A stretch of DNA of 64,000 bases from an uncultured delta proteobacterium. GTDB lineage: Bacteria; Myxococcota_A; Polyangia; Fen-1088. The stretch covers positions 192,001 to 256,000 of the forward strand of contig CAVWIP010000017.1 in assembly GCA_963755125.1 (NCBI GenBank), read 5' to 3'. This document shows, in pieces, positions 10,525 through 20,411 of the stretch. The first letter of the stretch is position 1. Each line of letters begins with the position of its first letter. The notes below the pieces were generated by a model. That model was not told the origin of the DNA, ran no database searches, and was given only the letters and a program-made list of their open reading frames with translations. A program made the position numbers and the translations under genes.

Positions 10525-13500
10525 CTACGCCGTCACGCACGCGACCACTTCCTGCAGCCGCCTGCGTGCGGCGGCCAAATGGTCGTGCTTCTCTTGGTCG
10601 TCGAAGGCGTACGACAGCCTCATGTCAGGTGAGAGTTTCCAGCGGCCACGCTGTACCAGCCGCATGACCTTGGCCGGATCCAAGCGGGCATCTGCGTCCG
10701 CGAACAGCACCAGCCGGCCCGCGGTCAGCTCGTAGGCGCGCGCGCCGGTTTTGCGCACCAGGGTCTTGTCGCTCATGACCTCGCCCAGCAGGCGGGCTTC
10801 GTCGGGCAGCGGGCCATAGCGGTCTTCCAGTTCGGCCAGCGTCTCGCGCACGTCGCTGTCGTCGCGAGCCTGGGCCAGACGCCGGTAGAAGTCGAGACGT
10901 TGGCCGGTGTCGGGAATGTAGTCGTCGGGCAAGAAGGCCGGCACATCGACCGCGATCTCGGGGTCGAACTCGCTGCGGATGGGCTGTCCGCGCAGCTCGG
11001 CCACGGCCTCTTCCAGGATGCGCGCGTAGCTGTCGAAGCCGACCGCCGCGACTAGGCCGGACTGGCGATCGCCCAGGATCTCGCCTGCGCCGCGGATCTC
11101 GAGGTCGTGCGTCGCCACCTGAAATCCAGCGCCCAGCTCGGTAAAGCGCTGCAACACCTCGATCCGCTGGCGCGCCTGGGCCGAAAGCACGGTTTCCGAG
11201 GCAATCACCAGGTAGCAAAAGGCGCGTGCCTTGGCGCGACCGATGCGCCCGCGCAACTGATAGAGCTGGGCCAGGCCGTAGCGGTCGGCGTGGTTGACGA
11301 TTATGGTGTTGGCGCGCGGGATGTCGAGGCCCGACTCGATGATGGTCGTGCAGCACAGGATGTCGTAGCGCCCGTCGACAAAGTCGATCATGACCCGTTC
11401 CAGCTTGGCCTCGGGCATCTGGCCATGGGCCATGCCCACGCGCGCCCCGGGCGCCAGGGCGGCGACCTCGCGCGTCCACTTGGGCAGATCCTCGACTCGG
11501 TTGTGCACGAAGAACACCTGGCCTCCTCGCGCCAGTTCCTTGGCAATCGCTTCGCGCAAAAGGTCGGGATCATAGCCGCACACGAAGGTGCGAATGGCCA
11601 GCCGGTCAGCGGGCGGGGTGGCGATGATGGAGATTTCGCGCAGACCGGTCATGGCCATCTGCAAAGTGCGCGGAATGGGCGTGGCGGTCAGGGTGAGCAC
11701 GTCCACCTGCGAGCGCATCTCCTTGAGGCGCTCCTTGTGAGTCACGCCGAAGCGCTGCTCCTCGTCGATGATGAGCAAGCCCAGGTCGTGAAAGTGCACG
11801 TCGCGCGATAGCAGGCGGTGGGTGCCGATGACGATGTCGAGCTTCCCCGAGGCCAGCGCGGCGATGGTGTCGCGCTGTTCACGCTTGCTGCGAAAGCGCG
11901 ACAGCGACGCCACCCGCGCCGGGAAGTCCCGCAGTCGCTCGGCGAAGGTCACGGCGTGCTGCTCGACCAGGACCGTGGTGGGGGCCAGCAGCGCGACCTG
12001 GCGGCCACCCAGCGCGGCCAGCAGCGAAGCGCGCAGGGCCACCTCGGTCTTGCCGTAGCCCACGTCGCCGCACACCAGGCGATCCATGGGCGCCTCGTTC
12101 TGCATATCGGCCAGCACCGCCGCGATGGCCTTGTCCTGGTCAGCGGTCTCCTCGAACGGGAAGGTCTCCTCGAATTCGCGGAAGATGACGTCAGGGGGAG
12201 GAAAAGCGTGGCCGGGCAGCGCCTGTCGCTGGGCGTAGAGTTGCAGCAAACCTTCGGCCAGCTTGCGCGCTTGCACGGAAACCCGGCGTCGTTTCTCCAC
12301 CCAGGTGGCGCCGCCCAACTTGTCGAGCTGCACGGTTTCCGGCGTGCCGCCCACGAACCTGTGCACGACACCGATGCGGTAGACCGGCACATAGAGCCCA
12401 CCGCCGTCGTATTCCAGGTGGAGAAAATCCTGGGCCACTCCCCGCAGTGTGAGTTTCTTCAGGCCCCGGTAGCGGCCCACGCCCTGCTCGTCGTGGACCA
12501 CCAAATCCCCTTCGGCGATCTCGGCCAGATCCTCGAACCCTGCCACGCTCGCCGTGGGAGCCGCTCGGTGTACCCGCGAGCCGAAGATCTCCTCTTCGGC
12601 GATCAGCGCCAGGCGATCATCGGGCAGCCGGAATCCGTGCGTGAGTGGCCCGACCAGGATCTCCAGCGAGGGGCGGGCAACGCCCTGGGTGAGCAGGCCT
12701 TGTGCGCCCCCTTCGCTGTGGTCGCGCACGATTTCCGGCTGCAGGCCGAAGGTCTGCACGACCCCAGCCAGCCGATCCGCGTGGGCGCGGGTGGAAGCCA
12801 CCAGGCACACTCGATAGCCCCCAGCGTGCCACCGTCGGATGCGTTCGCACAGGGCGTGGCCCAGGTCTTCGTCGCCACGTTGCTGGAGCAACTCGGCGCG
12901 CAGGCTGGTGTTGGGCTCTGCTGTCAGGCGGATGCGCGCGTCGGACGGGCCGCCATCGTCGCTGGTCGGCGTCATCTCGACGGTACGCAGTTCCAGGCTC
13001 GGCCAGACGGCGAGAGCGAGGCGCGCCTGTTGTTCGTCGAGCAGAAACTCCTCCGCATCGAGGGCGAGCCGATGCTCGGCCCGGCGGTGCGCCGCGCTTT
13101 CGCGCAGGCGGGAGAAACTGCGGCGCGCTTCTTCCAGCAGGGCTGCCGGATCCTCGACCACCACGCGGGTCTGGGACGGGAGGTAGTCGAAAAACGAGCC
13201 GAGACGGGCGTGGAAGATGGGAGCCAAGGCTTCGCTGCCGAAGAAATCCTCACCTCGTTCGATCTGTTCCAGCAGGGTGCGGGTCTTGCTTGACGGGTAG
13301 GCGGCCTGGTCGGCTGCGGCCAGCAAGCGCGCTCGCACGTCGGCACCTGCGGTGACCACGGTCTCCCGCACCGGGTGGAGCGCCACGCGGTCGACGGATC
13401 GCAAGCTCCGCTGGGTGGCGGCGTCGTACAGGCGGATTGACTCTACCTCGTCGCCGAAGAGATCGATGCGTATCGGGTGCTTGTAGATAGGGGGAAAGAC

Positions 13501-14091
13501 GTCGATGACGGCCCCGCGCACCGCGAAGGTTCCTGGATCCTCGACGATCTGAGCATGGCCGTACCCGGCCCGGCACAGGTCGTTGACCAAGATCTCCCGG
13601 TCAAGGGTAGAGTGGGCTTCGACCATCCGGCAGAGATCGGCGAAGTCATGCGGGGGAATCACGCGGCGAAACGCGGCCGCAGCAGACGCCACCACCACGG
13701 CCGGCGCGTGGCCGTGACCCAGGCGATAGAGCAGAGCCAGCCGCCGCATGACCGTGCGCCGGTCGGGCTGCATCTCGGCGTGGGGCGAGACTTCGGGCGC
13801 GGGCATTTCCAGTGCGGGTGAAGGTGCCAGCGGATCTTCTGTGGACTTTCGCGGCGCCAGGAAGAACGACAGGTCCGCACGGCGCGTCTCGACCAGATCC
13901 TCGCCAGCAACCAAGTAGAGCAGGGGACCACGGTCTTTGACGTTACGCGCCAGATGGGCGGCGATGGCCGGGCCCAAGGTGCCCGCGGCGCCATAGACCT
14001 CCACCGCGGTCCCAGCTCCCGCGTTTTCCAGGCGGGCCTCGATGTCACGCAATACGAGTCTGGTATCCACTGAGATGGCAGTGCTAGTCAT
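10525..14091 (-). CDS. mfd: Transcription-repair coupling factor
   Basis: PGTFAVRGAVIDVF, CarD-like RID domain, MDRLVCGDVGYGKTEVA, DEEQRFGV, LTATPIPRTL, QLRGRIGR and TRCF domain. Confidence 0.97.
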   Translation of the reverse strand: MTSTAISVDTRLVLRDIEARLENAGAGTAVEVYGAAGTLGPAIAAHLARNVKDRGPLLYLVAGEDLVETRRADLSFFLAPRKSTEDPLAPSPALEMPAPEVSPHAEMQPDRRTVMRRLALLYRLGHGHAPAVVVASAAAAFRRVIPPHDFADLCRMVEAHSTLDREILVNDLCRAGYGHAQIVEDPGTFAVRGAVIDVFPPIYKHPIRIDLFGDEVESIRLYDAATQRSLRSVDRVALHPVRETVVTAGADVRARLLAAADQAAYPSSKTRTLLEQIERGEDFFGSEALAPIFHARLGSFFDYLPSQTRVVVEDPAALLEEARRSFSRLRESAAHRRAEHRLALDAEEFLLDEQQARLALAVWPSLELRTVEMTPTSDDGGPSDARIRLTAEPNTSLRAELLQQRGDEDLGHALCERIRRWHAGGYRVCLVASTRAHADRLAGVVQTFGLQPEIVRDHSEGGAQGLLTQGVARPSLEILVGPLTHGFRLPDDRLALIAEEEIFGSRVHRAAPTASVAGFEDLAEIAEGDLVVHDEQGVGRYRGLKKLTLRGVAQDFLHLEYDGGGLYVPVYRIGVVHRFVGGTPETVQLDKLGGATWVEKRRRVSVQARKLAEGLLQLYAQRQALPGHAFPPPDVIFREFEETFPFEETADQDKAIAAVLADMQNEAPMDRLVCGDVGYGKTEVALRASLLAALGGRQVALLAPTTVLVEQHAVTFAERLRDFPARVASLSRFRSKREQRDTIAALASGKLDIVIGTHRLLSRDVHFHDLGLLIIDEEQRFGVTHKERLKEMRSQVDVLTLTATPIPRTLQMAMTGLREISIIATPPADRLAIRTFVCGYDPDLLREAIAKELARGGQVFFVHNRVEDLPKWTREVAALAPGARVGMAHGQMPEAKLERVMIDFVDGRYDILCCTTIIESGLDIPRANTIIVNHADRYGLAQLYQLRGRIGRAKARAFCYLVIASETVLSAQARQRIEVLQRFTELGAGFQVATHDLEIRGAGEILGDRQSGLVAAVGFDSYARILEEAVAELRGQPIRSEFDPEIAVDVPAFLPDDYIPDTGQRLDFYRRLAQARDDSDVRETLAELEDRYGPLPDEARLLGEVMSDKTLVRKTGARAYELTAGRLVLFADADARLDPAKVMRLVQRGRWKLSPDMRLSYAFDDQEKHDHLAAARRRLQEVVACVTA

Positions 14092-14220
14092 ACCCTATCT
14101 GTGGCTGGCCGGGCAGGAGCCGCTCCGTCCCGACGTCGAATCCTGCGTCGGGAGCAGACTCGCCGTTGACCACAGGGGGTTGCGCGGGATAAGGTGCCAT
14201 CCAATCAAGGAGGAGCGCAC

Positions 14221-14619
14221 ATGAAACGCGTCTTGGGGCTGTCGTTGGCCGTTCTGGTTATGGCATTCCTGGCGGCCTGCGATGAGACCAAACTCCGCAT
14301 TGACCGGGTCGAGCCTGCCGAGGGCATCACAGCCGGCGGCGACCACATCAACATACTTGGGGCAGGGCTTCAGCCAGGCAAGACACAGGTGCGTGTCTCA
14401 TTCGGCGGTCATGTGGCCGAGCAGGTCGTCATCTCATCCAAGGACAAGATCAACCTCGTCACCCCCAGCGGCGACAAGGGGCCGGTCGACGTGATCCTGG
14501 ACTTCGACGACGGACAGCGCTTCAAGATCCCGGGTGGCTTCCGCTACGTCGAGCCGAAGCAGAACGATGACCTGCGCAAGGCCTTCTTCAACAAGGGCAA
14601 GCCCGCTGACAAGAAGTAG
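14221..14619 (+). CDS. IPT/TIG-domain lipoprotein
   Basis: RBS AGGAG, lipobox LAAC, IDRVEPAEGITAGGDHINILG...VTP..GPVDV...FRY. Confidence 0.75.
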   Translation: MKRVLGLSLAVLVMAFLAACDETKLRIDRVEPAEGITAGGDHINILGAGLQPGKTQVRVSFGGHVAEQVVISSKDKINLVTPSGDKGPVDVILDFDDGQRFKIPGGFRYVEPKQNDDLRKAFFNKGKPADKK

Positions 14620-14649
14620 GGGCAACCTGCGGTCGGCCCTGCGCCCGAA

Positions 14650-16014
14650 CTACTGATAGGCCACGCGGAAGAGCTGCTGCCCCATAAGAAGCAGACTCCC
14701 GGTTGGCACGGCTCGCACGTCGCGGATCCGCAGGAACGTGCCGTTCGATGAGCCCATGTCGCTCAGGCACACTCGGCCTTCGCGCAGCACGATCTGGGCG
14801 TGGGTGCCCGAGACATAGCCATCCTCGGGAAAGAGGATGTCGCCGCGCTCGCGGCCGAGCACAATCGTCTCATCGAAGATCGGGAATGCCGGGCCATCCA
14901 CGTCCCGGCCCACGATGACGGACAGGCGGCCCCAGTAGCCTGGGTTGGGCGTGCCGATGATTTCGGTTCCATCCTCCAGTGGCGAAGGTGGGCTGATGAC
15001 ATCGAAGCGAAGCAGTTCCTGACCGATGCGGAAGGTGTCGCCCGATTCCAGCGGTTCTTCCTGCGTGAGCTTCACGAACACGCCGTTCAGGCTGCGCAGG
15101 TCACGAACTTCGAGCCCCCCCTCGCTGAGAACGAAATCGGCGTGGCGAGGCGACAGGTAAGGGTCGGCGTCGAAGAGATGGCCCTGGCCTCGTCCGATCA
15201 GGTTTTCACCCTGTTGCAGGGGGTGGCTGCCTCCCTCGGCCCCGTCAGGACGGATGAGCGTCAACTGGCCGCGAACCTTGACCTTGACGGGCTCCGGGGC
15301 CAGTGCCGCTGCTTGCTGTACCGCTTCCGCGACCACGGCGCCCACGGCTGCTTTCATGCGATGGCCGCAGGATCCGCAGAATGTGAAGCCAGCAGACACG
15401 CTCTGGCCACAGCGTGGACATACGACCGGCCCAGGGGCTGCGGCAGGGACGGGAGCGGTCGTCGCGGGGGGATACGCGGCTTGAACCGCGATGGGGGCCG
15501 GCGGAGCGGGAACCGGGACTACTGAGCTTGGCTGCGCGGCTGGGTTGGCGGGAGCTTGTGCCGAGACGGCCGAAGCCCGAAACCCTGCGCCGGGTGCTGG
15601 CGCAGCAGGGCTCGCACTGGCTACCGGCGCGCCACCTGGGCGCCACGCGGTTGGCGCGGAGGCGAGCCTTGCTTCCGCGGCAGCGTCCTGTGGGGCCGTC
15701 ACAACTCGCGGCCGGGGCGCGTCTTGCGCAGGGGCAGGTGCCGGTACAACCGGGGAAGGGGCCGGAGCGGGCGCTTGGACACGCACCACCGGAATGGCCA
15801 CGGGGGCAGGGGGCTCAGCCACGGCCGCCGCGGGCGGCGGGGGTGAGGAGGTCCTTGCCACGACCGGACCGGCTGGCGCCTGCGCGGCCGGAGGCGCCTT
15901 GGGGGCTTCCACCGGAACGGGAGCGGGAACTGCCGTTTGCAGTTTCAAGCCGCAGCCGAGGCAGTACTTGAACTGGTCCTGGTTTTCCTTGCCACAGCGA
16001 GAACAGATGATCAC
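14650..16014 (-). CDS. Zinc-ribbon / Pro-Ala linker / tandem FHA-domain protein
   Basis: CSRC..CLGC and CPRC..CGSC ribbons; two FHA domains (IGR..SPRHA..SLNGVF and LGR..SGTHA..SSNGTF). Confidence 0.9.
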   Translation of the reverse strand: MIICSRCGKENQDQFKYCLGCGLKLQTAVPAPVPVEAPKAPPAAQAPAGPVVARTSSPPPPAAAVAEPPAPVAIPVVRVQAPAPAPSPVVPAPAPAQDAPRPRVVTAPQDAAAEARLASAPTAWRPGGAPVASASPAAPAPGAGFRASAVSAQAPANPAAQPSSVVPVPAPPAPIAVQAAYPPATTAPVPAAAPGPVVCPRCGQSVSAGFTFCGSCGHRMKAAVGAVVAEAVQQAAALAPEPVKVKVRGQLTLIRPDGAEGGSHPLQQGENLIGRGQGHLFDADPYLSPRHADFVLSEGGLEVRDLRSLNGVFVKLTQEEPLESGDTFRIGQELLRFDVISPPSPLEDGTEIIGTPNPGYWGRLSVIVGRDVDGPAFPIFDETIVLGRERGDILFPEDGYVSGTHAQIVLREGRVCLSDMGSSNGTFLRIRDVRAVPTGSLLLMGQQLFRVAYQ

Positions 16015-16086
16015 GAGCTATCCTCCGCGCAATTCATAAAGAAGAACATTAACTTCAAGCTCTCTCGTAGTTGCACCGCGTTGTGG

Positions 16087-17025
16087 CTATGAGATCTCCA
16101 CCCTCATGAGCTGCTGGCCGAGAAACACGTAGTCGCCGTGTCCCAGTGGGGACTCATCGGTGATACGCACGAAGGTGCCGTTCTTGGAACTCAGGTCGGT
16201 CACCGTGAACGTCCCATCCGGGCCGATGCCGACTTCGGCGTGGCGGCCCGAAATGAAGGGGTCGTCGGGGAAGTTGAGGTCATTGTCCTCGCGACCAATC
16301 GTGATGCTGTCGCCGCGTGCTCGCACGATCAGGCCGAGCTCGCCACCGCGTAACCGCTGGACGATACGCATTTTGGAGGCCCGCCTGGGGCTGGCGTAGA
16401 AATAGGTTCCTTCGGCATCGGGCTGCGGCCCGAAATCGGGCGCCAGAGCTTCGACTTGCAGCAGCTGCTCACCGACCAAGAACACCGAGCCGGAGTCCAG
16501 CCGCGTCGGGGTGCGGATGCGCACGAACACGCCGTTGATGGAGTTCTCGTCGCGCACAAACAGTTTGCCGTCTCGATAGAAGAAGTTGGCGTGGCGCGGG
16601 GACACCAGCGGGTCGTCTGGAAACAAGATGGCACCCTCGCTGCGGCCCACGACATGCTCCGTCCCGCCGAGTTCGTAGGCCAGGCCATCGGCACTGTTGG
16701 CCTTGACAACCACCAGCTTGGCCACGCTGGAAACCTGGACGCCCGAGAAGAACATGGTCTTGCCGCCGCTTGCGCTTGGCTGGGGCTGTATCTCGATGCG
16801 GGTTCCACATTGACCGCAGAAACGATCGCCGATGGGGACCGGGTTGCCGCAGGTCGGGCATGGCTTGGTTGACATGGATTCCTCCACACTGACAGCAGGC
16901 TGCGCCGGCGCGGGCAATGATTCACGAGAGCCCGCCTCGACGATCGGGGCTTGGCAGACCGGGCACCGGGTCGCGTCGAGGCCGGTCAGAGCGTCGCAAC
17001 GGGGACAAACCAGACCGACGGGCAT
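16087..17025 (-). CDS. Double zinc-ribbon / tandem FHA-domain protein
   Basis: CPRC..CPVC, CPTC..CGQC; FHA motifs VGR..SPRHA..SINGVF and IGR..SGRHA..SKNGTF. Confidence 0.9.
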   Translation of the reverse strand: MPVGLVCPRCDALTGLDATRCPVCQAPIVEAGSRESLPAPAQPAVSVEESMSTKPCPTCGNPVPIGDRFCGQCGTRIEIQPQPSASGGKTMFFSGVQVSSVAKLVVVKANSADGLAYELGGTEHVVGRSEGAILFPDDPLVSPRHANFFYRDGKLFVRDENSINGVFVRIRTPTRLDSGSVFLVGEQLLQVEALAPDFGPQPDAEGTYFYASPRRASKMRIVQRLRGGELGLIVRARGDSITIGREDNDLNFPDDPFISGRHAEVGIGPDGTFTVTDLSSKNGTFVRITDESPLGHGDYVFLGQQLMRVEIS

Positions 17026-17082
17026 GCTGATGAGGTCATCTTGCCCGCATCGCACGGCCTGTCAAGCAGGCGGATCTGGTTG

Positions 17083-17376
17083 CTACCGCCTGGTGGAGCT
17101 GTTGTCGCCAGCCGCGCTTGGCTCGTACCGTTCCCGTAGGAAGTCGCGCACAGCCACCCTGACCCGGTCGGGCATGCGCAGCGCCAATGCCTCTCGCGAA
17201 ATCTCGGGCGTTTTTCGGTAGGTTTCAAAGAACCTCATGCAGTCCGGGCAGTTGCGCAGGTGGGAAGAGAAGAGCCGCCTCTCTTTATCGGGCAGCGAGC
17301 CGCCCAGGAAGTCGAGGCAGTAGTCCACGATTTCCTGGCAAGAGAGAAACCCCAATTCGTCGTCAGCAGGCTTCAC
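17083..17376 (-). CDS. Small zf-HC2 (ZAS) anti-sigma-like protein
   Basis: LSCQEIVDYCLDFLGGSL...HLRNCPDC (HxxxCxxC); GTG start at 17376 inferred. Confidence 0.75.
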   Translation of the reverse strand: MKPADDELGFLSCQEIVDYCLDFLGGSLPDKERRLFSSHLRNCPDCMRFFETYRKTPEISREALALRMPDRVRVAVRDFLRERYEPSAAGDNSSTRR

Positions 17377-17538
17377 GTCGTTGCTTTCCCGAGAGCCAGT
17401 CTTGTTAGAATATACCCTACTCGTCCCAGCCCGTACCCTAAACAGAAAGAATGGCCGAAAGCATTGGTGATGTCCAGCAGCGGAAAACGGCGCCACGTGG
17501 AATCGTCCGGAGTGACGTTGACAGGAAGCTGACCACGG

Positions 17539-18642
17539 ATGACTGCCCAAGGCCAATGGCAACCCTTTTCGGTCGACGCTCTGCCACTGCTTCCGGCCGA
17601 TTCTGTCAGGTGGACGGCGGCACTGGCTCGGGCTCAATCACGTGTGCCGTTGGCCGTGACGATCGCGGCAAAGGGGGTGGGAGCGGTCGAGATTGGCCCG
17701 GCCCAGCTGGCCTTTGCGCGAGCGGGAGATGAAGTAGACCTCGACGGCCTGGACACTTTTCGGCTGCAACGCGACGGCCAGCTCGGTTGCGTGGGAGTGG
17801 GCCACCGGGTTTCACTGGCCATGGTGCGCGCTGTTCTAGGCGGGCCGGCGCCAACCGCGATTCGTCCGCTCGGCCGCAGTGAACGTGGTGTCATGGCGGC
17901 CATCCTGCTCTCAGCACTTGACACCCTCGGGGTTTCCCGCAGGATTGAGATTGGGCTGGTGGACTGGGAAGGGCGGCCCGATCCGACCAATCCGTGCCTG
18001 GTGATTGGCGGCTCGATCCGTACCTCCGGGCACGTGGGAGGCCGGGCTCTTCTGGTGATTCCCGTGGGATGGCTGGCCGATGCTGCCTGCTCGGGCCCGG
18101 TCGCGGTTCAACTGCAAGGTTTGTCGGCCAGTGCGACGCTGGAACTGGCCCGCACCGATCTGCTGGGTGCGGCCCTTGTCTCGGCTGTCGTGGGCGATGC
18201 TGTCGTGTTTGCAGGCGTTGCCGGCATCCATCCACGCGGTCCTTGGCCCGCCCGCTTGCGGGTGGGCGACTTCGCGGCGCCGGCCTGCGTGGCCGCGGAT
18301 GGCACGCTTGTCATGGCAGGCTCATTCTTTCAGTCAAAGGAGGACGCAAAGTCGATGGCATCGCAAGACGAAACCCCAAGCTGCAACCCAGTCGAGCCTT
18401 CGTCGTCGGAGGTGGCGAAGATCCTTGCGACCGCGCCGGTTGAAGTCGTTGCCGAGATCGGCCGCCTCACCATTCGAGGCGACGAACTGGCGGGACTGAT
18501 GAAGGGTGGCGTGCTGAGTCTTGGGCCGCGCCGGACCGACGCCATCCAGCTTCGGGTCGGCGGTCAGCCCTGGGCCGTGGGCGAGCTGGTCAGCGTGGGT
18601 GACGAGCTTGGCGTGCGCATTCTCAGGCTACAATCGGGGTGA
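17539..18642 (+). CDS. sctQ: SctQ-like protein with C-terminal FliMN/SpoA domain
   Basis: C-terminal PVEVVAEIGRL...GGVLSL...LRVGGQPWAVGELVSVGDELGVRIL, preceded by a second degenerate SpoA repeat. Confidence 0.75.
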   Translation: MTAQGQWQPFSVDALPLLPADSVRWTAALARAQSRVPLAVTIAAKGVGAVEIGPAQLAFARAGDEVDLDGLDTFRLQRDGQLGCVGVGHRVSLAMVRAVLGGPAPTAIRPLGRSERGVMAAILLSALDTLGVSRRIEIGLVDWEGRPDPTNPCLVIGGSIRTSGHVGGRALLVIPVGWLADAACSGPVAVQLQGLSASATLELARTDLLGAALVSAVVGDAVVFAGVAGIHPRGPWPARLRVGDFAAPACVAADGTLVMAGSFFQSKEDAKSMASQDETPSCNPVEPSSSEVAKILATAPVEVVAEIGRLTIRGDELAGLMKGGVLSLGPRRTDAIQLRVGGQPWAVGELVSVGDELGVRILRLQSG

Positions 18643-19963
18643 GACAGACAGCCTCCAACGAGGCGGCTGTCGCCGACCAGCGCGGAGCCGCGCGCATGAG
18701 CGAGGCCAGGAGCGGTTGCCACAGATCGACGTTCGTCCGCAGCGCGGCCGCGCGCTGGATGGCGCCGATTCCGCCCCACGGATCCGCCGGCGCATAGAGG
18801 AGGCTGCAGCCTGTCTGCGACGTCACGTCGCAATCCACCAGATAATCTCCGTTCGCGCCCGCATCGGGCGCCAAGGGAAGTGCACCGTAGCGAAGGGCCA
18901 AGCTGGCTGGCCGCCCGGTCAGGTCCCCCGCGTCGGCCAGGAGCACAGCGTCGGCTGCCGCCAGGATCTGCCGCTCGGCCTCCAAGCCGAGTTCCGGGAA
19001 TACCGTGACCTTGCCCGGTGATCCCATGGCCAGCACATTGGCCTGGTCGATCAGCGCGCGATCCCCTCCCGCGGGAAACACGACCGCGACATCCGCGCGC
19101 CCCAGCTTCGAAATGGTATCGAGAATCTCACGGCCGCCCCGTGGCGGATCGAGCGGCCCGGTCGCCAGCAGCAGCGTGCGCGGCCCCACAGCCAGGGACG
19201 CGCGTCGCACAAGAGTCTTGCGACATTCTTGCTTGCCGGACGGGGATTCGCGCGAGAAGGTGGCGGCGAGCGCGGGATCCGTGGCTGGATCGTGCGGAAG
19301 TTCGTCGCACCCGAAACGCATCGAGGCGACTGGCTGGTCCGAGGCACGGCAGGCCAGCTCAGCGGCACCGCGGAAGGCTTCCGCGGCCGAGGGGCAGGGG
19401 AGGATCACCACGTCGGCCTCGATGGCGCCAAGGGCCACCAGCACGCCATTCGAGACAGCGACCGCAGGGTCATCGGGATCCAGATCGGCGCGCTCGTCGC
19501 TCGATAGAGGCTGGTTCCAGCGTCCGTCCGGCACGACCAGGGCTGCATGGGCGGAAGGTGCGCACGCCAGGGCCAGCGCCGAGGTTTCGCCCCAGCCCAC
19601 AACCACGTCCGGCCAGCAGATTTGGTCGCGAACCAGCGAGGTGGCGGCACTCGCCAGCAGGGCCGAGCGGCGGCCTCGATTTCCCGAATCGGCGCCCAGA
19701 ACATAGAGCGAGCACTGACTCACGGCCGAGCGTCCCTCGTAGAGCGAAGATTCTTGGTCGGTGCCCCCCACGCGGGTCGTGACGGTTCGCAGACGTCGCG
19801 CCATTCCCGGCAGGCGGGACGCCTGGTCCGGCGTGGCCAGCGACAGAATGGTCACGCGGTGCTTGGCCACTGACAGCGCCAGCGCTAGGGCGGCTGCACA
19901 CGCAGGCAACTCGCCATCCACCACGGGCGAAACCTGATCAGCGACAAACAGGAATTCGGCCAT
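18623..19963 (-). CDS. Degenerate glycogen synthase (GT5/GlgA)-like protein, probably catalytically inactive
   Basis: GlgA layout (FVA.QVSP, DPATDPALAATFS, GKQECRKTL, ALRYGALP) without KTGG, HDW or FEPCGL motifs. Confidence 0.7.
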   Translation of the reverse strand: MAEFLFVADQVSPVVDGELPACAAALALALSVAKHRVTILSLATPDQASRLPGMARRLRTVTTRVGGTDQESSLYEGRSAVSQCSLYVLGADSGNRGRRSALLASAATSLVRDQICWPDVVVGWGETSALALACAPSAHAALVVPDGRWNQPLSSDERADLDPDDPAVAVSNGVLVALGAIEADVVILPCPSAAEAFRGAAELACRASDQPVASMRFGCDELPHDPATDPALAATFSRESPSGKQECRKTLVRRASLAVGPRTLLLATGPLDPPRGGREILDTISKLGRADVAVVFPAGGDRALIDQANVLAMGSPGKVTVFPELGLEAERQILAAADAVLLADAGDLTGRPASLALRYGALPLAPDAGANGDYLVDCDVTSQTGCSLLYAPADPWGGIGAIQRAAALRTNVDLWQPLLASLMRAAPRWSATAASLEAVCLTPIVA

Positions 19964-20041
19964 CTACCCCGAAGGTGCCTCGGTTCCAGAGAAAACGCCG
20001 TTGCGGCCCGGCAAGGGTGTCAAAACAAGTGCGCGGAGGCC

Positions 20042-20245
20042 TTACTCGCTGGCGCCGCGCTCGTCTTCTTCTCCGGGAAACTCGTTTACAGAAGGGTACT
20101 TCATGATCTCTTTGCGCGAGATCTTCCACGCCTTCTGCACGATCCAGGAGAGAGAGCGGTCCTGACGCGTGGCTTCTTCTTGGATCTCCTTCAGCATCTC
20201 TTCTGGGAAGTAGAGACTTTGTTTCCTCTTGTCCGAACCGGCCAT
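20042..20245 (-). CDS. Small ribbon-helix-helix protein, MXAN_4361/4362-like family
   Basis: MAGSDKRKQSLYFPEEMLKEIQEEATRQDRSLSWIVQKAWKI, a recognisable myxobacterial family pattern. Confidence 0.85.
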   Translation of the reverse strand: MAGSDKRKQSLYFPEEMLKEIQEEATRQDRSLSWIVQKAWKISRKEIMKYPSVNEFPGEEDERGASE

Positions 20246-20411
20246 AGAGCACCCCGTTGTGGCTAATCTCGCCTGGGCGAATTCTTGCATTTACGCAGTT
20301 CCCAGGCACCCTGTCAAGGATACGGGTTCATTGGTTATCTTTTCTGCGACATGATTCAATACGGCGGTACACTAAGCACGAAAGTCTTCACAACTTGAGT
20401 CAAGAGGCTTC

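Noticed and set aside
14122..14155. Hairpin TCCCGACG-N10-CGTCGGGA between mfd and the IPT gene
   Set aside because: An 8-bp GC-rich stem is plausible by chance; no second copy or known motif.
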